From Chrysomallon squamiferum (taxonomy: Eukaryota > Animalia > Mollusca): a stretch of DNA of 64,000 bases. Made by a program: the position numbers and the translations under genes. The stretch is taken from the NCBI GenBank assembly GCA_012295275.1, contig CM022670.1, positions 23,250,001-23,314,000 on the forward strand, given 5' to 3'. Each line of letters starts with the position of its first letter. Position 1 is the first letter of the stretch. Under the pieces are notes generated by a model. It was not told the origin of the DNA. It saw only the letters and a list, made by a program, of their open reading frames with translations, and searched no databases. This document shows positions 12,861-26,365 of the stretch, one piece after another.

Positions 12861-14281
12861 TAGTTCTGTTACTGAACTTTTAACTAGGCTTTTGTATGAT
12901 AATCAGAAAACAAATTAAGAAAGATTAAAGGAAGAGTATTGATACTTTACATATACAATAATTATGAATAAACATGGCGACAAGCAAAAACAAAACAAAA
13001 CAAAATAACAAAAAACAATAGATAGATCTATTATCATGTACACTTAAATATATACCTACCTCGACAATAAAAACGACAAAGCTTACATATACTCCATCGA
13101 TCTCTATATACATACGTAAGTATACCGTAAACAACATTCTCTACAGTTTTATACTGTTTTTTTTTTGTTTTTTTAACAACGGTTGAGCTAGCGCTGAAAA
13201 CAACTAAAATATTATTTTATAAACAAAAATAGTAGAATCTGACAGAGAAAACAAAGACTTGGTTTACTGAAGGGTCGTCACTGATGTCTGTTTCCAACGA
13301 CATGGGATCAAACACAACGATTCTGCCTTAGTAATAATGATTTTTCCACTGAGTCAGCGAAGTCGTTGAAAACTAAAATGACAGTGACAACAGTTTGCAA
13401 GCCCATAATAAATCGTTTCACTTGCTTGAAAGTTTTCACACATTTCTTCAGTTGCAATAAAACAAAATCTTCTGTTAAACCGACTCCTTCCACGGTATTC
13501 ATCTTTTCGTTGCCTTGTTTTTACTTGTTTAATCTTTAAAGCAAGGCGCACAGGCTCAAAGAGGCGTCTGTCTGCACAACGAATAAACGAGGCATAAAGC
13601 TGCTCTCGCTGGTTTCCCTTATCGTGTGTGTATTGCATTGCAGCGATCCATGAATGTTTTCCATTGCTTTTGAAGATGAGATTTCAACAAGCAGCATTTC
13701 GACAAAATGTCTGGGAAAAAAACTGCAATCGAAAACAAGATTTTGTCAACACCTCGCCCTCTTGCTCGCTAAAAAGGTGAGAGAAAAAAAAAAAAACCCA
13801 TCGCATTCTGGCATCGGTAGAGTGGTTTGGAATATCGTTTTGTGCAAATTCTTCCACCGTAATGAATCTCCCGGTGGTGCATTACATACAGATGGGAAAC
13901 AATAACGGTTTAAAAGGTGGGTTTGGATAGAGAATATATCAATCAAAGAAAAGATATACAAAACATAGCTTTGTGCCACCTATAGAGAGACCACACCAGC
14001 TGAAATCTGGTCAAACTCAGCAACAAGACTGATTATCCACAAGTTGTATTTTTCTTCAAAGTTTTAGGTCCTCGATTGATCACTGGGTCTGTTTTATTTC
14101 TTACCTGGGCATTTACCTCTAAGTAACGCGGCGCTTTGACTTACTGATGGATTGTTTTCTTCGTTCATTATTTTAACAATTTATCATCCATTCTTCGGCC
14201 AGTGGTCTCTCATTTATATATGCATTCGCTCTTCAAATATTCTATTATTTATAATAATAATAATATTTATTTTTATATTTA

Positions 14282-14283
<2 letters not shown>

Positions 14284-14356
<73 letters not shown>
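14284..14356. repeat. (ATT)n microsatellite
   Basis: Long perfect trinucleotide run. Confidence 0.97.
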
Positions 14357-14357
<1 letters not shown>

Positions 14358-14623
14358 TGTTATTATAAAATGAATATTAATCAAAGACTAATGATATTTT
14401 ATGACCGTTAACGGTGACATATCACACAATGTCTGTCTGTACAGGAACAATGCAGGCATCAATAATCTCTAAAGGTAAGGCGTACTTGCGAGGAAAGTAA
14501 TAATCCTTTGTTCACGCGACCTCGCCATAAAACATAGACATTATCTTAGACATGACTTAAACATCATAATATGATAATGGAAAGTCAGTATCCATGACTA
14601 CATTTTTAAATTGTTTTATTCTT

Positions 14624-14636
14624 TATCATCATCATC

Positions 14637-14720
<84 letters not shown>
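14624..14720. repeat. compound (ATT)n-(ATC)n microsatellite
   Basis: In-phase trinucleotide runs. Confidence 0.97.
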
Positions 14721-16052
14721 GTGATTTTGTAGACTTTGTTCCAGTGAAATGGGTTTTGATTTGGGAATCGGATTACTTTTCGTAATATTGTATTATTTTG
14801 TACAGATACACACATACATACTCACACACATACAAATACACACGCGCGCGCAACACACACATACACATATTTTTCAAAACTGACCACTAATAAGAATGTG
14901 AATTTTAAATATTCATTCGTTCTTGTATATCAGAGTGTGTGTGTATGCGTTGTGTGTGTGTGTATATATATATTGATTGCTTATCCATTATATCCTTGTA
15001 ACTTAGATAAGTAAACGTATAGCAGTGGACATAAAAAAACATGATATACACGGATTTATAAATTGTCTTGAACGGCTGTACTTCACTTTCTCTAAATTAG
15101 ATTTCTCTCAGACACGAACTCAAACTTCTACAGAAACACATCGGCGCCGTTTGTTAACATCATTCATAGCTGTATCATTTGCAAACCATTACAACAGTAA
15201 CGTATTTCGGTTCAAAATCATTTGCGTTTTGTACATTTAAAGCAACGACTCGGTGCGTAACACAAAACTATAACCGCTGTCTACGCGTTCCAGTTTGATT
15301 TATTGCTCCATCTCACACTTACTCTAAATTGGCAATAAGCAATTTACATATCTCTCTGACATGTGATAAGAAGAACGAGGAAACGATGCCCCTTCTGTTA
15401 AGACCATTTTCGCAGAACTTATCTCTAAATTGCTCGTACACACCTAATAGCTTGTTTCGCTTTAACGTAACAGCGTGGAGCATCGCTGGTCACCGTGACT
15501 GCGGTGAAAAGAGTTGCAACATTTCCGCCAATATATTACTACCCCGCGTTTTAGTTCCGCAAGACTCTTGTGTGTGCGGCAAGGCAAGAATTCGAAACAG
15601 ATGGTAAAAGAAGTGGAACATCCATCTCTTTGTGTCGCCCTGCTTGTCAGTGTTTCATTATTTATACGAGAACACTTTATTTGGAGTTATGTACCTTTTA
15701 AGTGATCTTGATGAGCTTCCAGTGTTTCAAACTCTTCTTTAATAAGCAGCGTATGATCCAGCAGCTTCTGTTTCATGAAGTTTTTTTTTTTAAAGAACGT
15801 TAATCATTTCCTGCCTTTTACGTTTACAGCATTTTCATAAGATTTTATTTTCACTGTGTAAATTTTTATTTTTTTATTATTTGGATTTTTAATAGAATTT
15901 ACTCAGATGAATTTTCATGTACAAAATGTTTTTTTTTTTTGTTTGTTTGTTTTTAAATTTAATTATCTATCTAATTAACTAGTCATCTAATTATCTAACT
16001 AACTGACTGACTGCCTAATACTCTCAGCACTGATTAACCTACTGAATAAGTA

Positions 16053-16228
16053 ACTGACTGTCTGAATAATCTAATTTTCTGTCTGACTTAATTTAACTAA
16101 ATAACACTTTTCTCACTAACACATTATCTGACTGACTGACTGTCTGAATAATCTAATTTTCTGTCTGACTTAATTTAACTCACTAACACTTTTACTCACT
16201 AACACATTATCTGACTGACTGACTGACT
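16053..16228 (+). repeat. 82-83 bp tandem duplication inside a degenerate (ACTG/ACTA/ACTC)n tract spanning about 15960-16410
   Basis: tgtctgaataatctaattttctgtctgacttaatttaact occurs at 16059 and 16141. Confidence 0.93.
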
Positions 16229-17520
16229 ATTTATTGGCTATTATGGAATAACTAACTTACTAACTAATACTCACCGATTAACTGAATTTAATTACAAACA
16301 TTTTCACTCACCAACTTATTATCTTACTGTCTGACTACTATTTACTGACTTTGGTCGAATAACTAATTTACTAACATGCTCACTCACTGATTAATTGAAT
16401 GACTGATTGAATAACCTATGGAATAACGTTGTTTTTTTATGACATCCAAATGCAATTTCCAGTATACCTAAGTATTATCAAACGAAATGTCTTTTAATCT
16501 GGGACTTTAAACGTAGAGATAGTTTAATTAATTACTTTCTCCACGTCTCTTTATACGCATAGAGTACTTATCTGAATCAGTAATGTTGTTTATCTTTGCT
16601 TGTTTGTTTAGAAAATAATAAAAAATCGATGATTATTGACGTAAGCATCTGTGATAGTAATACAAAGACAATCGGATTGTTCTTTCAATAATAGATTTCT
16701 TTTGTTAACGTAATCCAAAAATATGTACACAGGACTGGAATAATTTTAGTAATTATTTTTCTCAATTGTTATTTATTCGTTTGGCTTTGAATATTTAAAC
16801 GATAAATGGAAATAGACAAAATTGCAGAAGATTCAGCAGTAGTAGCAATTATAACAACACAATATAACGATAATACTAATGAAAAAATAAAACATAAAAA
16901 AATAAATAAAATAAAATAATAATAATAATAATGATGATGATGATGATGATAAATTAAATGTAGAAACCTCCACCGTTTGTAAAGATGAGATTCAGAAGAT
17001 TTATCATTTTATCTCGATTAAAAATGAAATATAATTCAAATAAATATTACTTCTAAACTTTGTGCAGATAAATCATTGATATCTGTAGGAACGAAAATAA
17101 ACAGTTAATTATAAATTTATTAATTAATAATTTTTAGGGATTATGATATCACGGAATTTTTTACAATGGTTGATTATAACCTACAAATGCTTTTAAAACA
17201 GTAAAATCAGTTGTTGCCGTTTTAGGAGTTATGGCCTTTTACACTCCTTTTATCTGGTTCATAGAATACTCAATTCAAACCTTGTATTACGAAAAGTCAC
17301 ATATTTAGCAAAATGCTTTTATCTTAGGCGTTACCGCACGTGAAAACATATTGCTCCAATCTCCAACGAACCTTTTAAAACATAGCTAGCTCTTGTAAAT
17401 AATTATTCCGCAGTATATATATTTTTCTCCAAAGGATATTTGTTTTCATTTCCCCCAGTACATCTACAGATCCTAACGGAGCCTTGTTTTAGAGTCTGCA
17501 ATGGCGATTGCAGGACTTAC

Positions 17521-17837
17521 TCAACAAATAAATACGAAGTAATTCCTGTCAAATAGCCCTATAATAATTTCCGTTATATTTCTATTATACATAACTCCTT
17601 TTGACGCAGGCTTTGATGTCGCCTGTAATTTCCGACCCATTAGTCGATCATGCATCAGAATCTTCGGTGGCACGCAAGAAAACAAATCTACTTGAATAAT
17701 GTTGTGCACGTCTCTAGGCTCTGGCCGGAAACACGGTACAACAGGATAATACGTGTATTCTGTTCCCCCAGGGCTTCCTTTCAGCGAAAGAATCTCCATC
17801 CTGTGTAGATGACAAAAATAAACGTAGCTCGCGCGGC
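17521..17837 (-). other. candidate spliced exon (unknown host; possibly non-coding)
   Basis: Minus strand: poly-T plus cttctttgtAG acceptor before 17837, alternative acceptor ctacacAG before 17800, donor GA|GTAAGT after 17521; encloses a 92-aa ORF with no recognisable homology. Confidence 0.25.
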
Positions 17838-18058
17838 CTACAAAGAAGTATATTGTAAAAAAAAAAAAAAAAAAAAAAAATCTAATACTTTCTTTCGTCT
17901 TATTTTTGTTGGTTGTCGTTCTTGCTGTTTGACATGTTGTTAACGTCGTTCGTTGTTATCTTTGTTCTTGTTCTGTTATTTGTTGCATTATATATATTTT
18001 ATTTTCTATTTGTTGTTCGATATTTTGTTTTAATTTTTCTCTTCTCAAGTTCTTGCAG

Positions 18059-18079
18059 ATCTTGTCGATGGACTGTGAG
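18059..18079 (+). other. candidate 21-nt microexon (ILSMDCE in phase 0)
   Basis: About 170 nt of T-rich sequence ending ttcttgcAG, then ATCTTGTCGATGGACTGTGAG, then GTAAAC. Confidence 0.2.
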
Positions 18080-18593
18080 GTAAACAACCAGAGGATCCAT
18101 TTTACTCTTCGCATCAATTAACTCCTTTCTCCTATCCAGTCAGTACATCAGGACAGATTTATCAAAGTCTGTTATGCATGCTATCCTGTTGTCTGTGGTA
18201 CCTGCACATGATATATAACTTCATGTTTCACCGAAAATAAAATTTCGTAATAGCTGAATCAGCAGGTTACCTCATTGTCATACGTCTAATAACCGTTCAT
18301 AAATTTATTGATGTTAAACATTGATTTTATTCATCTATATCCCCACCTATTCGTTTATTCATTCTTTCCAAAGAAAGCCCTTCTGAAAGTTTCTCCTTCA
18401 TTGTAAAGGTTGTTTATATTTATGTAGATAAATGTTATAGGTTAGAGCATCTTCTGATTATTTGAATGAAAACTTTGAAATTTGGATCCGAACTGAAGAA
18501 CTGGCTGATGTTGGACACTTTAGCAATGTCACTGCAGTTCTAGTCTATGATTTTCCATGATGCGTTCTTGGATTTATTAATTTTTATTTTATT

Positions 18594-18595
<2 letters not shown>

Positions 18596-18670
<75 letters not shown>
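18596..18670. repeat. (ATT)n microsatellite
   Basis: Long perfect run. Confidence 0.97.
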
Positions 18671-18767
18671 TTATAATATAATCTTTGTGTTTTCTTGTTT
18701 TTAGCACTATAAAAAAGTTAAATTATTAAAAAAGAAAGAAAAAAGAAAGAAGCAAATAAACAAATCA

Positions 18768-18800
18768 ACAAACAAACAAACAAACAAACAAACAAACAAA

Positions 18801-18847
<47 letters not shown>

Positions 18848-18849
18848 AT
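18768..18849. repeat. compound (AAAC)n-(AAAT)n microsatellite
   Basis: Tetranucleotide runs. Confidence 0.96.
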
Positions 18850-21800
18850 GATAAAATCGAACTCCAAGAAAGTTAAATTAAATACAAATCATATAAAATA
18901 AAATTATGTTTAAAAATGGTGAATGTCATTCATAAGTAAATTTCTCGTCTGATTTTTACTTCAAGTGCCACAGAATCCTGAATTTTGCTTTTATTGTTGT
19001 AAAATACGAAGTTAACGAACAATTTTTTGACATAAACTCGAATATATCACGAAATATTTTATCTAATATAATGAGTTATTTGAAGATGTATGATGTTGAC
19101 TAACCACTTCTTTTTGATATTCACATTCAGAGTAAAGGGCTTTAATAAGTTTATTAAACTTTATTTGATAAATATTACTTTTTTTAGAAGCGGACTCCTA
19201 ATTGCCAATATTTTGGCTTTACCAATAACGCCATCTGTTAGAGTATGATGGACTTCGATAGCCATTACCCCCCGGGACATTAAGATCCTCTGATCTTACT
19301 TCTTAAATAATTAAGAGTTCTTCTGTGTCCTGATGTCTTCGGGGTGTGTTGTAACAACGAAAAATCTACGTTTAGGGCTTCGGAGGGCGTACTTTCTTGT
19401 TTGTAAGGTAAACCGGGCATGAACGAATATGACTCAGGTTTTAATTAGTATTTGATCCTGATTTCGCCCTAGGGTGAATCGATGCCAGATTGTGAGCGCC
19501 AATTACACTTCATGGAAAAATCTGATAGCTCCTTATGTTTGTGTCTTCTCAGAAGGGTATCTTGCAATCAAAAATTACCCAACAGAATTTCACGCCAGTG
19601 CACGAATATCAAGAGTTGGGCTCGCCTCATCTCGCCGGACGCGTTTCATTGGATTCTCAAATTGGCTTACCTCTAATCAGATTCCTGCGAGCCTCTAATT
19701 AATCGCTATCTCGTTTTCTCGGGCTTGACAAGCGGATGTGCATTGCTAAATCCTCTTTAGAACTCTTTACAAAGTTAAAATGTTGATAAGGTTCCCGTTT
19801 TTAATGTGTGATCTTTTTGAAGTAAATTACGATAGCAAGAGGACAAAGTAGCTGTTGTTTGTGGGTATTAATTTTTAAAAAAGAATTTTAAAAGATGTTT
19901 TTTTTTTTTTTTCTGGACAATGAACAACATCAAAATCTGATTTCTAGAACTAGTAGTATGACATAATTATAATCACTAAACACTGAAAAGAAGAATGGAC
20001 AGATAGTCTTTGAAAATTTAATAACATTATTCATTCTACTATCCATTAAAAATCTTCTACATCAGAGATTTGAAAGAGGATTATGTCCAAGCGGTTTGAA
20101 AAGTTATCACGGGGCTTTATCAGTTAACTCATCTTAAGAAATCTGGCTTCATTTTAATCCACATTTTTTTCTTCTTCTTCCATTTTTCTTTTTCTGGAAT
20201 TCCGATTATTCGAAAATTCTATGCTGATTCATTCAACTTAGGAGATTAATGTAAAAAGTGCATTTTTAGTTTGTTTTGCTAATGTTATGCTGCAGCTGAA
20301 TTCCTGTAAAGCAAGATCAAAGTCCTTACGGACTCTTCAGCTGAATTTTAATATGAAGATGGTTCTTTGATCAAACTAAGAAAATACAAAAACATGGTTT
20401 TCTTTTCTTTTTCTTTCTTCTTTTGAAGATCTTGAGAAATAAAAGCATTAAGCTTTGTGTGTTATCATCATCACCATTATTATAAACATCATCATCCATA
20501 TTATTATTATTATTATTATTATCATGATTGTGAACTAGTACTGATATTGCATATCGTTTTTCATCATCATCATCATCATCATCATTTTATTAATATTGTT
20601 ATTATTAAAAACAAAAATAATTTTGGAAAAAATGTTATTACTTGCGGCACTTTAAAATATATTCTCCTGTTTTTAATACTTTTCTTGCATATTAAATCTG
20701 ATAAAATATTTTGTGTTTCTTTCTTTACTGATATATATCATTTATAAGCACAGTATTTGTGTATATATTTTCAAACAAATAAAATAAAATAAAAACAAAC
20801 TGAATTTAATTATAGCTATTGAGAATTAGTTTCTGATAATCACAGATCTGCCCAGAGAATGAGCTGAACATACAATCCGTTCTTGTATAAAAGTAACCTT
20901 TTTCGTTCACTTTAATATTTAAATATCCACTTTAAATAACAAAGATTTATTTAAAGCCAAAAAAAGAGAAAGTACTAACAGGCCTACAACTGAAGCTGGT
21001 AACAGTTTAAGTGAAAAAATCTGACTACTGCTAGACGAAGGCTGGTTGCAATAAAGTGAAAATGACGTAAGAAAATTTCTCATCATGTCCAGCGACTTTC
21101 CAACACGTTTTGCTCCAACTTCTTAATTATATCACTCGGCGTTATGTAAATCGAAATCAAGACACGTGACCGAATAACGAACCAGTAATCACCTACAGAC
21201 CAAGATATTTTATTATGTCACACAGTAGCTTAAAGGTGTGAACACTTGCATTCGTCTTTAACAAGCGTAAATGAAATATTCTGTGAATTCGTTACTGTTT
21301 ATTAACCAAAGCTTTGAAACAAAAGGTCCGGTAACTCTAACCTTTGAAAGACCGGTAACTCTAGACCTCCTTAACAATAAACTTGGCGATTATAAGAACC
21401 GTTATTTAGTTAGTGCCAAGTGTCTAGCTAATTGGTAATGGTCTTTATGCCAAAAACAATTATTCCATTTCCAGAGTTCCACGCGATGAGTGGATTTTAG
21501 GAGATTACCGACGGAAAACAGGGATCACGAAGTTCATTATTTCAGCTTTCAAAAGATTCGTTTTCCATTACATTATACAGGCTTATGTTTACTTTGCTGT
21601 TCATGAGAGCATCTCTCTCCGAGCAACAAAATCTTGCAGTGATTTATCAGTAATGATGTAAATAAGAGTGACATGGAACATTCAGCTACTTAAAGGCGGA
21701 GATTCACGTATTAAGAAGACAGCTTGATTAAGATCGATATTTTTGAAAGGATGGGTGTTTTGGGATTTATTTTATGTGTGAAATCTGAAATTAAAAATTG

Positions 21801-22801
21801 TATTAGTCTTTATGTATCATTTAATTTGTAACAATTTGTTCGGCTGATTTGTTAACCGAATAACAAATAACAAGTTTATTGTTTCTAAAGTATCTTTATA
21901 TGTTTTATTGTTTATATATTTATGTATATGTTGGCAGAGACTATCAAAATATCTGTATCATTATGAAACACTTTTTTGTGATTACTTGTTTAACGATGTG
22001 TCAATTTTAGGTATTTTTTTTTCTTCAAAAAACAACAACAACAACAACACATGCACAACAAAACAAACGATTTTGAAGAATACTGAAGTGCCAATTTTAT
22101 TTTATTTTCTTAATTTTACAGGCCAATATCTTGATTTTAGGAATAATTCATTTTAAAATTATGTAAATTGTTTAGGAAAATATTACTGTTTATAGGCCAA
22201 TCTCCTTTTAATTTTAGAATGTTAATTAACAACCGATTATCAAAGGCATATATATATATATATATATATTATATATAATTAACACATTTAAAATATATAT
22301 ATATATAGATCTGAAAAAATTTGGGAACAGAAAGAATTAAACAAAATAACGAAGAACAAACAGAAAACATATATATATATATATATAATTATCGGAAATA
22401 TTTTCAAATAGGAAAAATGATGTTTGCTTTCAGACGGCCCGCCCACGTCGTCTGGACACATGTAACGGATGCAACTCCATTACGACGTCTTGAGCACCTG
22501 TAATCCTATTAGAGTTTGAAGAGGATTTAATTATTGCTTTTATAATCTTGGACGACTGACCAGCCATGGGCGTTCTTAGACCAATATGGCTTAACCTCGT
22601 GACAAAGAATATTGGCCTCAAGTGACGTTGAAATTAAAAATATGCGGCTAATCAATGCCCCGCCGTGCGGTAATTGCATGTCCATTTCCGACGTCCATGT
22701 TAACAGTATCTGAGAAATCCTGGACGACAAAGGGCAATAATGCTGAGAGTATGACGCAGTTTTCAAAGAGACCGGTTCATAACCAAAAGAGAAAAAAATA
22801 G

Positions 22802-22806
<5 letters not shown>

Positions 22807-22892
<86 letters not shown>

Positions 22893-22984
22893 AGAAAGAG
22901 TGAGATCATTCAGGTATTTTTTTTCTTTCATAAATATTTAATATATTTCATAAACTATTTCTTTCAGATCCAGGAGCAAAATTA
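22807..22984 (+). repeat. (GA)n plus 95-bp dispersed repeat, copy 1
   Basis: (GA)n followed by cagaaagagtgagatcattcaggta...ccaggagcaaaatta, matching 26144-26237. Confidence 0.92.
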
Positions 22985-23084
22985 GAGAGAGAGAGAATCA
23001 AAATCATATACACATACAAGTACACGAACAAGTTTACGTTCAGACATATATGCAGTCATTTATACACACACATACGTTCATTCA

Positions 23085-23184
23085 TTCATACATACATACA
23101 TTCATACATACATACATACATACATACATACATACATACATACATACATACATACATACATACATACATACATACATACATACA

Positions 23185-23214
<30 letters not shown>
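23085..23214. repeat. (ACAT)n microsatellite
   Basis: Long near-perfect tetranucleotide run. Confidence 0.97.
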
Positions 23215-23216
<2 letters not shown>

Positions 23217-23963
23217 ATTCTCTTCTTTTCACATTCAGTGTCTTACTCAACAAAGATTGAAACAGATTTGAGGATCAACGCCCCCTAACAGCGCTCAGAC
23301 AGACCACTAACAATTTTCTTTTTGTATGCATAATCCGTCTGGTGACATAGGTGTTAGAAACACTGATTATTATTTCTGTCAGCGAGTTGCACGTCACATT
23401 GGCAATAAGTTACCTGCTTCCAGAATCACGCACAACGCATTGCGTAACATTCAGAGAGCAGAGAGACCTCGATCGCACACTGCGAAATGATAACCCGCCG
23501 CATGACGGTCATAAATATACTGTCGGTGAAAGGGTTACGTTATGCAATGTTGTCGTGTCATATAATAAAGCAAATTAGTTTCGACCCCGATAGTTCTGAC
23601 AATGATTAATCGCAGCACCGCTGACGTAAGAGGCTAAACACAATGGCGGCAGACGATCTTTGGTCGGTTCAGCCAGTGTGAGGTGGGAAAGTACAATGTT
23701 TATGATTGGTCGATGTAACTTTTAAGATGCCACGAGTCCGTAATTGTTTAATATTTCCGGGCAGGGTGAACGGTTATGAAAACAGAACTGTACGCGAATG
23801 AAAAATAGCTAACAATTATTTTTGTTGATGATGTCGACCTTTCGATCTCAAGGTTCTGACACGTAAATTCGTAGTGACAGTTCTTTGTAAGAGAATATGG
23901 GTCATTTGACTCAGCTGACATCCTTGGCGTTTTAAAAGGAGCAATAACTGTTGTTATGTTAGT

Positions 23964-23966
<3 letters not shown>

Positions 23967-24045
<79 letters not shown>
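23967..24045 (-). repeat. (TC)n microsatellite
   Basis: Uninterrupted CT run. Confidence 0.98.
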
Positions 24046-24048
<3 letters not shown>

Positions 24049-25742
24049 GTGGGTCTGTTTAGTTCATTGAATATATGTTTGGGTAATAATTTGTTTTATG
24101 AACTATAATTCTTTCAGAAAAATTATAAAATAAAACCTTACCAATAATCTCACAACTATTTAAAAATTTAATAAAACACCAATAGTTAAAAATAATGGAT
24201 TTTAGTGTATCTCAATTCATTCTAAGGTATAATTAGAATACACTAAATTTTTAACTATTCAACATTTTTAGTTTGCTTCGTTTAAGCCAAACTGACTGAA
24301 TGCTTTTATAAACTTCAATTTTTCCCCACTCTCTCTTTCAAGTCCCCCGGTTTTGTGTTTTCTGTTGAATAAACAACATCTAAATAACAGACTCTCGACA
24401 ACTTAAAACACCCATACGCCTTGAAGACCAGTTCTAAGCAGGTGCTTCTCTCATTGACTTCTTGTTAAAGACTCATCACGGCGGGGTAGACTCCAGACTC
24501 GGGGTCACACTGGAAACAGTTTGGGCTAAAAGCAGACATTTAGAGCCATAAATTCTGGTTTACTGCCGTGGCAACGACCTTAGTGACACCGCAGTAGCAT
24601 CGACACTGGTTCCGTGACCAGAGCCGCAACATCTTTGGAAGGTTTATTACTGCTTCTAATGATAAGCGGAACTGTCTGTGGGAGTTTCCTCTTCAAAACT
24701 GACAAGTATACTGCCGGCCTGCTAACAGATGTTAAAATCACTAAGACTTATATGTTTAACACTGAAATAAAACTTCTTTATTTTACTCTTCTGAAAAATA
24801 CCAAGTTCTTAAATTGAACTGTTACTATATTGGAACTGAAGTTCTGTCATTTTTGTTGTTGTTGTTGATGTTGTTATTGTTGTTTTTATTTTTATTTAGT
24901 TGCTTGTTTGCACAAGCTATTGACAAATACACAACACTATCATACACATAAAGAAACCCTTATTTAAATACACAAATACGCACTCAGTCACACAGAAAAT
25001 ATTAAACACCTGTATCTGTCAATTTGATAAATAATATAATTATGAAAAATACTGTCAGTTTAATAACACATGAGGCCTGTTACCATTCTGGTTTAATGAT
25101 ACACGAAGATGTCATTTCCAGGAATAGCTGTTTATCACTCTAACCTCATCATTAAAAATTAAAATAATATCTTCAGCCAAGACAGCAACAGACAATAGAT
25201 AATCTCAAAGCCAATCCTTAAAATATTAAACAGCATCCAGCGAAACGTTTTAACCCCGTAAGTTATCCGTATAAATAACACTGTCTTGATGGACGCATTC
25301 TGATTATCTGTTACTCGATACCTCTTCCGCGAAACTACGTGGCCATACATCATTTTGGTAAATGGGTCTTGTAAGTAGAAATGTTAAGAATTAAGAAAAC
25401 TTTTTGTCTAAGTTAAGCGTAATTCAGGTGCGAAATTAAGTGACAATGTTGGGACAATAGTCGTATGTCACCGAGCAGACTGAGAGGTAAAGGAAAAAAC
25501 GGAGAACTCGGTACAGGTGGGCTTAGGCGTTTCCTGGGAAATAAGAAAAGCTGACAAGGAGACATTCATCGTGTGTATGTTTACGAGCACTGACTAACGA
25601 CGTCTGACACGGGATACATAAAGCTACCTGAGTCATCCGCACACAAAAATGTCATTCGTGCCTGTGTTTTTAAATACGTGTTACATAAATTATGTTCTTT
25701 GTAAATCGAGGATTTGTCTTGTTATTTCACGATTAAAATTTA

Positions 25743-25776
<34 letters not shown>

Positions 25777-26035
25777 TAAAAACTCACTATTATGTCTTGT
25801 GAAATAGAAACCTGACCAAACTCTGAAAGGCTGGATTGTGAGTGAATTAATTACAATTTTATGCACGTGTGTAAATAATCAAACGATCAATGGTTAATGG
25901 GCCTTATTTTAAATCCTATTGTGAGTACAGTATTTAATTTGAAACATAAATATACATTTGTATCTATCCCATCTCTATCCCTATTATATCTCTTTCTTTT
26001 TTCTCTCTCTCTTACATAAACAGGCAAACATGTTC

Positions 26036-26237
<202 letters not shown>

Positions 26238-26275
26238 CATTATTTTTGCCATTAAATAAATTGAAGCGAACAATT

Positions 26276-26286
26276 AAATAAACAAA

Positions 26287-26363
<77 letters not shown>
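26276..26363. repeat. (AAAT)n-(AAT)n microsatellite
   Basis: Direct observation. Confidence 0.95.

Positions 26364-26365
<2 letters not shown>

Noticed and set aside
22901-22922. TGAGATCATT matching the 5' end of bantam miRNA (also near 26153)
   Set aside because: Only 10 nt match, the 3' half diverges, no precursor hairpin, and it lies in the GA-linked repeat
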